From the NCBI RefSeq assembly GCF_020745735.1, contig NC_083417.1, forward strand, positions 63,178,001 to 63,242,000: a stretch of 64,000 bases of DNA, read 5' to 3'. Shown here one piece after another: positions 37,651 through 49,441 of this stretch (within the stretch, counting starts at the first letter, position 1; every line of letters begins with the position of its first letter). The position numbers were made by a program, and so were the translations under genes. Origin of the DNA: Hemiscyllium ocellatum. Its lineage: Eukaryota. The notes beneath the pieces were generated by a model, which was not told where the DNA came from, did not search any database, and was given only the letters and a program-made list of their open reading frames with translations.

Positions 37651-38664
37651 AGAATCCTTTAACATAAACTAAGAACCGTGGATGCTAACAATCCAGAACA
37701 AAGCATTACTTTCTGAAGAATCTCAACAAATCTGACAGCACCTGTGAAGAGAAGACAGAGTCAACGTTTCAAGTCTTTAGAAAGGATGATTAGACTATTG
37801 CTAGATGAGTGATGTCTAATGGCAGTGCCATTATTTGTTGTCCAAACTGTCCAGAGTAGATTGGTGAATTAAGCAGCTTGAATCTCTCTTGCATTCTTTG
37901 GACAATTTATCCTCGACACCTTTTCTACACAACTAAAATCTTGGCCTTGAAAGATAATGAATCACCTCTTGGTCAAGATTGGCCTGTGTTTCCAACTGAT
38001 GGTGAAAACATAGCTCAGTTGATAAACTCTTCCCACAAATTCAAGAGGATTGAAAATGAGGTGCATATACTCTTCGCAAGAGATGTTTGATGATTTAAAA
38101 CATAGTACTGTTGGAAGGATCACAGACGGCATCAATTTGAGGAAGACATCCATTGTGATATTCCTGGTGACAAAGATAATTTCTCTATTCAACTTACCTC
38201 CCAAAATGGATTTTAAAATAAGATTATTGCTCCACTGTTTGTACTTCGATATTGAGAAATCTGGAACATCTTAATACAGTCCGCCAATGTAGTTATGAAT
38301 TGCTTTGGACGAATAGAGTGCGGTATAACTTTGTTGCTGGCAGACTCTGGGTGTCATTTGGAAACTGAGACTCCAGGTAGTCTTCATCGAAATAGATGAC
38401 CGGATCATCATTGGATTCACAATGTCAAGCCCACATTCTCCCACAGATGCTCCGAGGCCTGCTGCATTTTGATAGCAGCTTCTGCTTTTGTAACATACCT
38501 CCAGCACCCACAGTTTTTTGTTTAATTTATTTGACTAGATTTTATGTAGGTATGTATTATTTTTACCAACTTGCGTTGAAAATGATGTATGCCTTGCAAT
38601 GTATATTGTCTGTTACAGCTTCTTAGTTTCCAGAGAGATATTTATATTGATAGTGAGTAACAAA

Positions 38665-38700
38665 GTTTAGATTAGATTAGATTAGATTACTTACAGTGTG
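38665..38700 (-). repeat. (TAGAT)n tail with ccacactgtaagt: extreme 3' stub of an HE1/HER1 element
   Basis: Matches the tail of the SINE at 45400-45420. Confidence 0.7.
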
Positions 38701-38769
38701 GTAAAGTTGGCAAGGAGATGATAGAAAATGGAATTTCAATTGCACATGCAGTGCAAAGCATTGCTTAAG

Positions 38770-39840
38770 TTTGGATTATATGCAATGCAGCGAGGCATTA
38801 AGGTCACTGGTTGTAACTTTGACATGCCATAACAAGTCAAAATATATGGTACTGGAGGAACAGGTGAGTCGACGCTTCAGAAATAAGCCTTTTATCAGGA
38901 ATGTGGAGATGGTAGGGGGATGAGAGATAAATAGGTGGTGGGGGCTGGGCTGGGGTGAAGTTAGGTAGGATGCAGGTGGGAGGTAATAGTAATAGGTCAG
39001 TGGGAGGGTGGAGCAGAGACATGGGAAGGAAGATAGGCATATAGGACGCATCAAGAGGTTGGGGCCAAATTAGAGTCTTGGATCTGGGATGAGGTGGTGG
39101 GAGGGGAGATTTGGAAGCTGGTGAAATAAATGTTGATGCCATGTCTTTATAAGATTTCGAGGCAGAAGATGAAGTATTCTTCCTCCAGTTGATTGGTGGC
39201 TTTTATTTGGTGGTGGAAACCCAGGTTTTGCATGTGCTAAGAGGACTGTGAGGGAGAGTCGATTTGCGTGGTCACAGGGTGGTAGGGTTGTTTGGTGGGT
39301 ACGGAGCAGAAATGTTCCATGAACTGCTCCATTAGTTGGCATTCTGTTTCCTCAATGGAGAGAAGGCTGCACCAAGAGCAATGGTGAATGTGCAGGAAAA
39401 TCTCCAATGGATTTGAAATTATTCTTTAGGTCCTTGGATGGAGGTGAGGGGGATGGCGTCGATGCAGGTTTTGCACTTCGTGCGGTGGCACAGGAATGTG
39501 CCTGCTGTAGATGGTGGGTTGGTTGGGGGAATGGACCTAACGAGGGAGTCGTGGAGGAGATGGTCCCTGTCGAATGCAGATAGGGCTGAGGAGGGAAATA
39601 TATTTTCCGTGGTGGAATCTGACTGTCGGTGGCGAAACTGTCCGAGGATAATGCGCTGTATCCAGGGATTCGTGGGGCAGGAGGTGAGATCGTGAGTGGG
39701 GGGTGGGGAGTGGGTGGGTTGGGTTCTCTCCTTCCTGTGGTTGGAAGGGTGGGGTTTGGAGGTCAGAATTGTGGGAAGTGGAGAAGACACAATGGAGGGC
39801 ATTGTTGATGAGGGAGAGGAAATTCTGTCTTTGAAATTAA
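38770..39840 (-). mobile_element. Penelope-like element, 3' fragment
   Basis: Minus-strand translation FLHDSLVRS...CHRTKCKTC...SIQGPKE is homologous to the other PLE copies; hammerhead-type terminus near 38870-38900. Confidence 0.75.
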
Positions 39841-42050
39841 AAACCAGAACAAGTGATAGACGTTGACTTATGCTCTTTATTCCTGTTTCCCACCCTCACC
39901 TCTACCACCCACCCATCCTGTCAGGCAAACAGGATTTGTGAGCTTTGAGACTTATGTTCGTTCAAAATCAATCATTCTATCACCGCAGCCATCCATTAAA
40001 ATGACCCATAATATTGTACCTGATCGACATATCACAACCTCACACTTTATTCATACCAAGATGCTGCGTGATAGCACACCAATGTAAATATTGGCCAGAC
40101 TATATATCTTGTTTATAAAGGAAAGTCGACAATATTTTTGGCCAAAAAAATTCTTCAACAAATTTGTTGACTAGCTCTCCCTAAAGTTGTCTAAACTTTG
40201 TAGGAGTTTGAACCTAGGCATGTGACTTGCTCCTGCAGTCTGTTGACTACTTGCTGTTCCCAATCGTTCCTTCGGCTGGAAATAACTTGATTTACAATGC
40301 TGGAACTTTCGGTGTATCTTTGCATTATGTTCTGTTCAACAATAGCACCTCTCAGAAGAAACCTATGCCTACATCTTGCTGGACACAGGGAAATGGCACA
40401 TATTACAGCGTTGCAATGAAAACTGCACAACCCTGAATGGCAGCCAGATGGGCCTCAGCCAGAGTTCATGTTGATAGTATTGGGCTTTGGGATTGGTTCT
40501 AACTGGACATTTCTTTGAGTGGCAAGAACTAAATTATTCTTATGTTTCAGTAGGTTCTTTCTGTCCGTTTTCTCCAACTAAACTCACCACCCGTAATATA
40601 GGTTTGGTTAAAACACATTCCTTGGCGCTCATATTTAGTTTTTATTTTGCTTTTGAATAGAATATGGTATTATCTTTTATTTACAGTGGAATAATGGCTC
40701 AGCCTCAGTTGCATTTTAGCAATGCTTTCGCCATAAAGTGTAGAACTTAGTTGTATCTGTGTGCCTGTTATGTTTGACTGTTGCTGTATTGAAAACGACA
40801 GGCATTAAACGCGAATGACGTAAAAATAACAGTTTTGGGACATGCTGCGCACTTGTGGATTCAATGGAATTCCTCCTGCTTACCTATCCAATGTCTGAGA
40901 AGGTCGTATAGGAGATCATGTTTAGTGAATGGTTGTTTTTCGCTTAGCAGTAACAAGTTCCCTAACGGAGCTTAAATTATATTTTTGAAACAAACTGCGT
41001 GCAAAGTAAATGTTAATATAGAAGCTCACTAACAAGTGCATGTTTCAAAATTAGAAAACTTGTCCTGAACTTAGTTTTCAACCTGCGACAAGTTGGAAAT
41101 GGTTTTGTATACTTTGCTCTGGGCTTTGAAAGCTCCCGTTGTTAGACTGGCTTTGCAATGGACTGGTCAGCAATTCTTCGATGTAGCATTTCCTAGTAGA
41201 TACAGATATTTCAAATAGTTGGTTCTTAATGATTGTCAATGATGATTGCAGCACGTTTTATGATATAAAACCAAATACTACATAGTGCACCCAGTAGTAT
41301 CATCCATTTTCCCAATATATTTAAATTCTTGCTTTCTTTGCCACCTTTATGCCCCCATATAATGTAGAATTGTCTTGCAGTTTGGGTGTTGATGCTTTCT
41401 TGGAACCAGGTATTTGCAGGGTGGCATACATCAGATTGTTATCTTCGCTTCCTTTCTTGGTCTGTGAAAGTAAAATTTAATATCACGCATTATCCCACCA
41501 TTGACTCTTTGATAAATGCAGTCATTTTTTTTAAAATAAAAAGACTTCAGGGGAATTTCCTTTCATCATTTGCCAACTTCAGGTTGTAACAGAGTTTATA
41601 ATTATTTTTAACTGAGTTCTCTCCACTCTGTAGCTCTGCAGTAAAAGTTCCTGTTATTCTGATTTGAACTTCTCATAAAATAAGCTAGAATATCAACATT
41701 GCCCATTAAAGAAAGCACGTTATTACTTCAATTAAAATAGCAAACGAATGAAATGCCGGTGTATTAAATGTGTTTGGAATGCTGATATTGCAAAACATCA
41801 TTTTCGACACCCAATTTCTGAGCCATGACAGCCAATGTGATGTGCTTACCGATTGGATAGGCCTCAAGTTGCAATTTACTACCAGCTTTACCCCCCATTG
41901 TTGCTGATTTACCGAACCCTGGGACCCAGGCGAATATGGTGAGCCTTGGCCGAGATGGTCGGGCCCAGTACAGTATGGGTTAAACCTCTGACCTTTCGAT
42001 TCCTACAGTTTAGCTTAGGGTCAAACGTCATTGAACGTCTTTTAAAAATG

Positions 42051-42170
42051 TTAAAGTTTCACTTGATCATATACGGTAATCTTCTTTGTTTGTCTGGGAT
42101 TCTTATTTGTCTTGGTGCTGGATTCGACAGGGTAGGCATAAGGAAGTTTGTTCTGAGTTCCGTACTTTGT
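42051..42170 (-). pseudogene. Exon 7, terminal tail exon TKYGTQNKLPYAYPVESSTKTNKNPRQTKKITVYDQVKL* with ITSM TVYDQV
   Basis: Acceptor gattttacag; 40 codons ending in TAA; TxYxxV consensus; the Y-Y spacing of 23 matches exon 6. Confidence 0.55.
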
Positions 42171-42809
42171 CTGTAAAATCGCTATTTGCCACTCTTACCA
42201 GTTCAGTTGCTATCATTATTACTGCTAGTTCATAAAAGGAAACAAGGATAATTTTCATTGTATTCTCACGCAAAACTCACAGTAAGACCTAGCTGTCCAT
42301 TTGATATCTCCCCTGATTTCCATTTCCGACAAAATCGGCAAAACAGACGTCGACATCAGTTTAATTTTGTCTTTTTTGTCATAGCATAGCATGCAAACAA
42401 GGAATAAGAGCAAGGCACTAGGCCCTTCAATCCAGCTCTATCATTCAACAATGTCATGGCCCACTCTGTCAACGTTCCATTCAGATTCCCCTCGATAATC
42501 TTTCATCCGCTCTATCACCGACAATTTATGTACCCCGCCGTAACACATTTAACGTTTCTGCATTTAGTGCCATTTGAAGAAGGGGTTTTCAAAGACTTAC
42601 AAACCTACGACTGAAACAAAAAATCCTCACCTCTGTCTTAAATAGACAATCATTTACTTTTAAACTTGGCCTTCTACATTTAGATTCTCCCACAAAAGGA
42701 AAGATCCTTTCAGCATCCACCTTGCCAAATTTGTCAGGATCTTATATATTTCAATTAAGTCACCCCTAACTCTTCTAAACTCCAGAGGTATAGGCCTACC
42801 CAATGGTAT

Positions 42810-44500
42810 ATAGCTTTTGAAAAGGAAGAGAGAAATCAAAATTAACATAGGCCCCGAAGAGAAGGAGGTGGGGAAAAAAATCATGGGGAACCAGGAAATG
42901 GTAGAATACACTAGCAGCTTTCTAAGTTATTAAGTATCCAAGGGCAAAAGGAGGAGTGGAATTAAAGAAAATAACTGTCACTGGAGAGGATGCGTCAGGG
43001 AAACTAATGGGGCATAAGACTAATATGTCCCTTGGACCTGATGCAGTACATTACACAATATCAACGGAAGAAGATACAGTAGTGGATGCGCCAATAGTAA
43101 TCTCCCAGAAATCCTTAGATTCTGAAAGAAAAACTGCCAGAGGAGTAAAACTTTTCAAAACCAACATCTTTATTTAAAAAGCAAGAAGACAAGAAATAGT
43201 TATAAACAGGCTAGTTAGCGAACGCTTAAGTCAATTATAAATGATGCAGAGTATTTCAAAATACATAATATCATCAGAGTCAGCTTGCCTTCATGAAGGG
43301 GTAAGCATGCCTGACGAATTGACTAATTTTTTTTATTGAGGTCAGAAGGAGGGCAGATGAAGCTGAGGCAATAGATGCAATATTTTTGGATTTTCAGGCA
43401 CCTTTGCTAAAGTACCACAAACTAGGTTACTTTATCAGATTAAAAGCCCATGGTGTTGCGGGCAGTACATTAACATAGATAGAGGATTGGCGAAGTAATA
43501 TAAGACTGAGAGTTGGGATAGGGTGGTAGAGCATTTTCAGAATGGAAACCTGGAACTTCTGGTGTGACGCAGGGATTAGTGTTGGGGTCACAAGGTTTCC
43601 AATTATATATATTTATATATATTACATTTGGATGTAGCAAATGCATGTACAATGGCCGAGTTTATGGTTAACATTAAAGTAGGCTGGATGATGAGAAGTA
43701 CACAAAAATCTTTAGAAGGATTTAGCCCGATTATGTGAATGGGCAAAGATTTGGCAGAAGGGATATAATGTGGGAAAATGTGAGATTTATATACTTTGGC
43801 AGAAATTCGTGAATCACAAAAAGCTAGCACCCACTTACAACAGGCAATAGAGAAGGCAAATGGAATGCTGACCTTTATTTCAGTGAGAATAGAATATAAA
43901 AACCAGGGATATTTGCCAAAGCTGTACGAGGCACGAGCTAGATCATAGCTGAAATACTGTGAACAGTTTTCTTACCCTTATCTCAAAAAAAGTATTGGCG
44001 TTGCAGGCAGTCCAGAGAAAGTTCACTGAGCTGGTATCAGATCAGAAGGAAGTCTCATGAGACAGGTTAAGATGGCTTGGTCTGTACTCATTGGAATTTA
44101 GAGGAATGAGAGGTGACTTGACTGAGACACATAATATTCTTAGGACAATTAACGAGGTGGATGTGAAGAGTTTGTTTCCCCATGTGAGAATCTAGGACCA
44201 GAGGGAATATTCTCAGAATAAGTGATTGCACCTTTAAAATAGAAGAAGGAATTTCTTCTGTCAGAGTTTAGGGAATCTGTGAAAGTATTTATAACAAATG
44301 TTTGGATTATTAAAGTTTGGTTATTAAAAACATTCAAACTATTCATTTACTGACTAAAACTATATTTTAGGCTTGAATGTAGATTTTTAGTCTGTAAAGA
44401 AATAAAATGTGAAAAGGAAAAGGCAGGGTTATGGAATAGAGGTTTGTAAGATCAATTTTCAATTCCTTGGATGGTGGAGCAGACTGGATGATCTAAATGG
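42810..44500 (+). mobile_element. Decayed CR1 ORF2 fragment
   Basis: QLAFMKG.ACLTN, DAIFLDFQ, gtgacgcagggattagtgttgggg (QGxVLG), and a 3' tail. Confidence 0.75.
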
Positions 44501-45124
44501 CTTAGCTCTCTTTTGTTATTTCATTCATAATTAGTGGACATCACTGGGTAGGCCAGCATTCATTCTCCACCCCTAACTGTGCCAGAGGGAAGTTGAGAGT
44601 CAACTACATTGATGTGACTCTGGATTGACAAGTAAGGCAAATCAGGTCAAGATGGCAGATTTCCTTCCCTGAAGATCGTGTCTTATGGTCATGAGATCAC
44701 ATAAGGGAATCTGCTCATTTCCGGTATTAGTCTAGTAAACCTTGCCTGAACTACTTTCAATGTCCTTCCACCAAAAGGGTGACCATTATTGTACGCAGTG
44801 ATACAGAATTGCTCTTATCAATCCCTTGCATTCATGAAATAGGGAGCTGTTCTTCTGATAAGAAGTCACGACAGTTTGCATGATCAACGTTTACTGAAAT
44901 TAGCTTTGCATTCCAGTTTTTTCGATTGAATTAATTTCCATTAGCTGCCCTAGTGAGATTTAAACCGATGTCTCCCATACTATTAACCTTGGAAACTGGA
45001 TATCTGCCGGTTGTTCTGTTTTATCAAGTCAAAAATACAGCACCCCCTTCCCTTACTTTTTTTAAACGACTCCATTATCGCAATGACGAAGTGAAAGTGA
45101 GGACTGTTGATGCAGGAGGTTGAT

Positions 45125-45425
45125 GGGCGGCACGGTGGCACAGTGGTTAGCACTGCTGCCTCACAGCGCCAGAGACCTGGATTCAATTGCCGCCTCAGGT
45201 GACTGACTGTGTGGAGTTTGCACGTTCTCCCCGTGTCTGCGTGGGTTTACTCCGGGAGCTCCGGTTTCCTCCCACAGACCAAAGATGTGCGGGTCAGATG
45301 AATTGGCTATGCTAAATTGCTCCTAGTGTTATGTAAGGGTATGGGTGGGTTGCGCTTCGGCTGGTCGGTGTGGATTTGTTGGGCCGAAGGGCCTGTTTCC
45401 ACACTGTAAGTAATCTAATCAAAAA
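45125..45425 (+). mobile_element. HE1-type tRNA-derived SINE (V-SINE-like), full length
   Basis: GGGCGGCACGGTGGCACAGTGGTTAGCACTGCTGCCTCACAGCGCC head with A/B-box-like motifs, TTGCACGTTCTCCCCGTGTCTGCGTGGG core, CTGTAAGTAATCTAATC tail. Confidence 0.9.
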
Positions 45426-45616
45426 CTGTGGCGGTGAAAAAGCACAGCAGGTCAACCAGCATTGGAGGCTCAGGAGTGAAGATGTTTGCCGAAACGTCGA
45501 CTCTCCTGCTCCTGCTGCGTGACATGCTGTGTTTTTTCAGAACCAAACTTTTCGACTCCATTATGACAATGTTGATGTTGTATGGGAGTGACGTGGATAT
45601 TTTTTTCTTGACAATT

Positions 45617-45727
45617 CTTGGAATAGACAGTATTTTCTTCCGCGCGTCTGTGTTTGGAGAATCCTTTGTTGGCTTTCAATTTTACTGCAGCAGAGGCGGC
45701 ATTTTCTTCAAATGGTGCTTTTCTAAG
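45617..45727 (-). pseudogene. Exon 6, decayed ITIM/ITSM module LRKAPFEENAASAAVKLKANKGFSKHRRAEENTVYSK
   Basis: Acceptor cttattttctag, phase 0; TVY motif with an S-A-A-V (YxxV-like) site 23 residues upstream; no GT at the expected in-frame end, so the frame runs on to TGA at 45470-45472. Confidence 0.5.
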
Positions 45728-46853
45728 CTAGAAAATAAGATATGAGATATAGATAGAAGCGCATTTGATTTTACAGCCAGCCATCGCCAACTGGAACTGA
45801 ACAATAGAATATTAACGTGCACAAAGTAGTTAATCAAACAAGCTAGAAATTGCATTCTGTCAACTCTCAATGATTTGCATCGAATATCTCACCAATGTGG
45901 TGGGGAGGAATGTTCTAAATATGAAACCCAGAGCATTTAAGGCATTTACCTACAATTTTACATACAGCTGATAAAAATAGACATTCATTAATTCCTTGTT
46001 TATCTCTAGCTCGCTTCAACCTTGTTGTGGCTTCGGCAGTTTCCTTATTCCATAATTAAGCCAATCAATTAGAAGATCAGATAGTGAAGCCTTTGGCTGT
46101 TCTCCTAATACTTCTGGAATCTTGCATCCTCTGACTGGCAACCAACAATTAGATTTCTGGCAAAAATTCTCCCCAAACACGTCTACAGCCATTATTTCCT
46201 CTCCCTCAGAAAGTACGAAACAGCCTGCTAACTGCTAACAAAGGAATATAATGCAGAAAGACCTGAGATTTTATGTACCACACTACTTTAGGAAGATGTC
46301 GTGGTTTGGAGAGGATATAATAGAGATTTACTAGAAGGGTCCTAGCGTTCAGGGATTTCAATGATGTTTAGAAGCTTGGACATGATGTTTTACTTAGATT
46401 AGTTACGTTTAAGGGGAGATTTAACTTAAATGTCTAACATGTTGAGAAATTGTGATGGAATAAATTAGGATAAACTATTTTCATTGGCCGGATGTTTGAG
46501 ATTTAGGGGACAAGATTCGTTTTCATTGGTAAATAATCTGGGGAGTATGTTTGTTCTGCAGCCCAGTGAGCGCCCGCAAACTGACAGAGTGACAGGAAAA
46601 ATTCGATAGGAACTTTCAAAAAGGGAACTGGATTGACACGAAAAATGTAATAAGCAGGAAAATAGCACGAGACCGGAACAAATTGATTAATTGCCTCATA
46701 GATGCAGTAGAGTTGTTAACTCTTCATCCTGGGCAATGTTATTCTCTGTTCTGTGAAATCTAAGTAATTTCGACTGAATGCAAAACTCATTGCTCTCCTT
46801 TCCACGCACCCACCTCCTATTTGTTTGGAATGTAATGAATATTATCTCCTTAC

Positions 46854-46897
46854 CGGTTAGCCATTTTGATTTTCTTCCACCGAATGTCTCCCTCTGC
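46854..46897 (-). CDS. Exon 5, short cytoplasmic exon (G)RGRHSVEENQNG*P containing an in-frame TAA
   Basis: Acceptor ttactttgctttctattag; donor CCG|gtaagg; 44 nt, phase 1-0 when joined to exon 4; TAA is the penultimate codon. Confidence 0.55.
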
Positions 46898-47499
46898 CTA
46901 ATAGAAAGCAAAGTAATATACCATGAGTGACAGAATCACTCATTCAATGTCATGTTTTCGCTGCTAGAAACGTTTAATTTCTATATATAGTTCAGAAATC
47001 TAGTTTGACAACGTTCAGCAGCATCAAGCTCATTATGCTGTGTTTTACCTGCTCACTGCTCTCATCGCGCTTCCCCCAATGACGCAGAGTCAGTCACTGT
47101 GTGACAGTACAAGTGCAAGTCAGCGTCTTATTTAATTTACAAAATTAGAATGGAAATAAAATCTGTGGATGTGCATATCTGGTTGTGAGTTCGAAAACGC
47201 CCACTTAACCTTAATGCCAAATGCCAAAATCCACTTCGAAAAATGTTTCCCTCTCAGGAACTGGACCTCCACTGAACTATAATAGAGAGCACTTAAAATT
47301 TTGATTGCGTGGAGCATGGAGGTGAATAAACCGAGTGTATAGTTCGAATAAGAAGGTGAAATATTTGCTTTTCAAATCCGGTTAGATCCTCATATCCACA
47401 ATTTAAAGCCAGGCCTTTGATTTCTCACCTGCTCTCTATGCTTTTTACACTGGGTCTAAGGAAATAAAAAGTATACAGTGAAATAAGAAAGATTCTTAC

Positions 47500-47604
47500 C
47501 AGCTGATACTTTCAATTTGAGTGTCAAGAAAATGCTTATGATTAGTACCATCGCCAATGCCCCTCCTGCACCTCCAATAATCATCAGACGATTGAAACCT
47601 TCAC
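47500..47604 (-). CDS. Exon 4, transmembrane: GEGFNRLMIIGGAGGALAMVLIISIFLTLKLKVSA
   Basis: Acceptor ttgattctgtag; donor GCTG|gtaaga; 105 nt, phase 1-1; 23-residue hydrophobic stretch followed by KLK. Confidence 0.85.
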
Positions 47605-47657
47605 CTACAGAATCAATACGTGATGGAAGTGAACATGTGTGGAACACAGGAGTGACA

Positions 47658-47801
47658 TACGCAGAGCATAATGCACAGGATGATAAATTGCAAAGGTGTT
47701 TCCCAGGATAACCCAACTGTTAACCAAATTGGACCGTTTTAATTTTGTTGGGAAAACCTGTACAAGGTCCTTAATTTGCATCAGACCCAATGAGTTGCAG
47801 C
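47658..47801. repeat. 144-bp direct repeat, copy A (intron 3)
   Basis: Identical by eye to 49298-49441. Confidence 0.95.
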
Positions 47802-47911
47802 TCAGCTATGTATTTTATGGAGAAAACACATATAATGACTTAACGGTGTGAGAAACTTCATCTGCATAGGAACACTGTTTGCTATGAGTAAAGGAAGTTG
47901 TACTTGCTCAT

Positions 47912-48261
47912 TCATAGAATCCTAGAAGAATCTTAGAATCCCTATAGTGTGGAAACAGGTCATTTGGCCCAACAAGCCCACACCGATCCTCCGAAAAGTA
48001 TTGCAGCCAGACCCTAATTGCTCTCCATTTCTCCTGAATGATGCACGAAATCTACACATCCCTTAACGCTATGGGCAATTTAGCTTGGCCAATTCAACCA
48101 ACTTGCACATCTTTGGAGTGGGGGAAGAAACCGAAGCACCCGGAGGAAACCTGCACAGACTCGGGGAGAATGTGCAAACTCCATAGTCGCTGGAGGCTGG
48201 AAGTGAAGCCAGTTTTTTTTTGGTGAATCAAAAGTGCGAATCACTGAGCCACCATGCTGCC
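47912..48261 (-). mobile_element. HE1-type SINE in intron 3 of the receptor gene
   Basis: Reverse-complement similarity to 45125-45425; starts about 60 nt after the C1 donor. Confidence 0.8.
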
Positions 48262-48321
48262 ATTTCGGATCTTCCCCACACCACACACCCCACTCCCTAT
48301 TAGATATATTTTCAATCTTAC

Positions 48322-48618
48322 CTCGATTAAAGGTGTAGCTGACGCTGGTGGGCACCTTAAGACAAGCATGAGATACCAGACAGGTATAAACTACACCACT
48401 CTGCACAGGCTGAGCATCTTCCAATGAACTAGTAACCTCATAAAGCCCGTCCACGGTCTTGTTTTTCACAGTCTCTATTCCGGTAAGAATTTTCAAACCA
48501 TTTCTTAACCAAGAGATTCCTAATTCCTCTGGGAAAAATGCAGTCGTTTTGCATTCGAATTTCAAATAGTTCTCTGAAATCCCTCCTACGGGAACGATTT
48601 TCTGGAGTTTTGGAGGAA
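48322..48618 (-). CDS. Exon 3, C1-set Ig domain: VPPKLQKIVPVGGISENYLKFECKTTAFFPEELGISWLRNG...DGLYEVTSSL...YTCLVSHACLKVPTSVSYTFNR
   Basis: Acceptor ttttctgttatag; donor CGAG|gtaaga; 297 nt, phase 1-1; C1 hallmarks CxxxxFFP, WLRNG, DGLY and YxCxVxH (Ig/MHC signature). Confidence 0.92.
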
Positions 48619-48989
48619 CTATAACAGAAAATCAAACCTTTTAACATATTAACTTTCATTCTCTTTTTTTCACCTTTCACACTCGACCCGGTTCGACACC
48701 CCATGTAATGCTGTTCCAGTACTAACGTGACAACAGCTTTCCTTGTTATTTTGTTTGAAACTTGGTATTCGCACTTATTTTTAAAAATGCTTGGCAAAAT
48801 GTTTGGATCATTTGCAAACGATGCACAACGAGCATAAACATGGGTAGAAAAACTTTAATGAAATTCAGCTATTATAATCTTCGAGGTTTAGCTTTATGTA
48901 AGTGAATTCGGTTTTTTGAACCTTTTTTGGAAGACATTCTACCTGGAGGTAAAACACGGACTAGGAGCTGAAGTAGGACAGTCAATGGG

Positions 48990-49090
48990 TATCTCTCCAT
49001 CCTGGAGGCTCCCTGCCTCCATTCCTGATGAAGGGCTTTTGCCCTCTCTAATTTAAACTTTGGTTTCCACCATCTGCAGTCCTCACTTTT
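48990..49090 (+). mobile_element. PLE terminal fragment in intron 2 (hammerhead core truncated)
   Basis: cattcctgatgaagggcttttgccc followed by catctgcagtcctcacttt; GAAA is missing. Confidence 0.65.
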
Positions 49091-49297
49091 GCCCAGCCAA
49101 TGGGTAGTCAATTCAGCTATTTGAGCCTGATCCAACAGTTTTTATGATCTTGCCTGAGTACTTTCTGTTCCTGATTGGCATTCCCGGTTTGGTCTGAAAC
49201 CCTTTTTTGAAGTATCAATTCTACATTACTCAAGTGTACTTGTGTCCTCTTCATCTACAAGCGGTGCTTAGCTGCGAGCTGATCTCCTGTCATAACG

Positions 49298-49441
49298 TAC
49301 GCAGAGCATAATGCACAGGATGATAAATTGCAAAGGTGTTTCCCAGGATAACCCAACTGTTAACCAAATTGGACCGTTTTAATTTTGTTGGGAAAACCTG
49401 TACAAGGTCCTTAATTTGCATCAGACCCAATGAGTTGCAGC
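49298..49441. repeat. 144-bp direct repeat, copy B (intron 2)
   Basis: Identical by eye to 47658-47801; offset 1640 bp. Confidence 0.95.

Noticed and set aside
37878-38420. Open frames with faint TIR-like (ITDGINLRKTSIVIFLVT) or Tyr-rich patterns
   Set aside because: The motifs fall in different frames and strands with stops, and no coherent domain or exon structure emerges.
41850-42002. 153-nt open AG..GT segment on the minus strand
   Set aside because: It lies downstream of the exon 7 stop (3' UTR position) with no recognisable protein; probably chance or an unrecognised repeat.
45125-45200. tRNA-like sequence
   Set aside because: This is the tRNA-derived head of a SINE, continuous with the SINE body; not a tRNA gene.
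46716-46773. Alternative terminal exon RNYLDFTEQRITLPRMKS* after an 80-nt intron
   Set aside because: It requires reading exon 5 in phase 0-2, which is inconsistent with the phase-1 TM donor.
47049-47096. 48-nt exon-like segment ending GAGCAG|gtaaaa
   Set aside because: It contains stops in phases 0, 1 and 2 and fits only after a 1-nt correction in a G run; possibly a decayed or alternative exon.
47095-47101. Perfect RSS heptamer CACAGTG (minus); also near-heptamers at the V exon end and in SINE heads
   Set aside because: No ACAAAAACC-like nonamer at a 12 or 23 spacer; the V-end match is just the Thr-Val codons.
47429-47455. 27-nt AG..GT segment (TQCKKHREQ in phase 0) just after the TM exon
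   Set aside because: It would need a 44-54 nt intron, too short for a vertebrate, and it has stops in the phase set by the strong TM donor. It cannot be fully excluded without cDNA.
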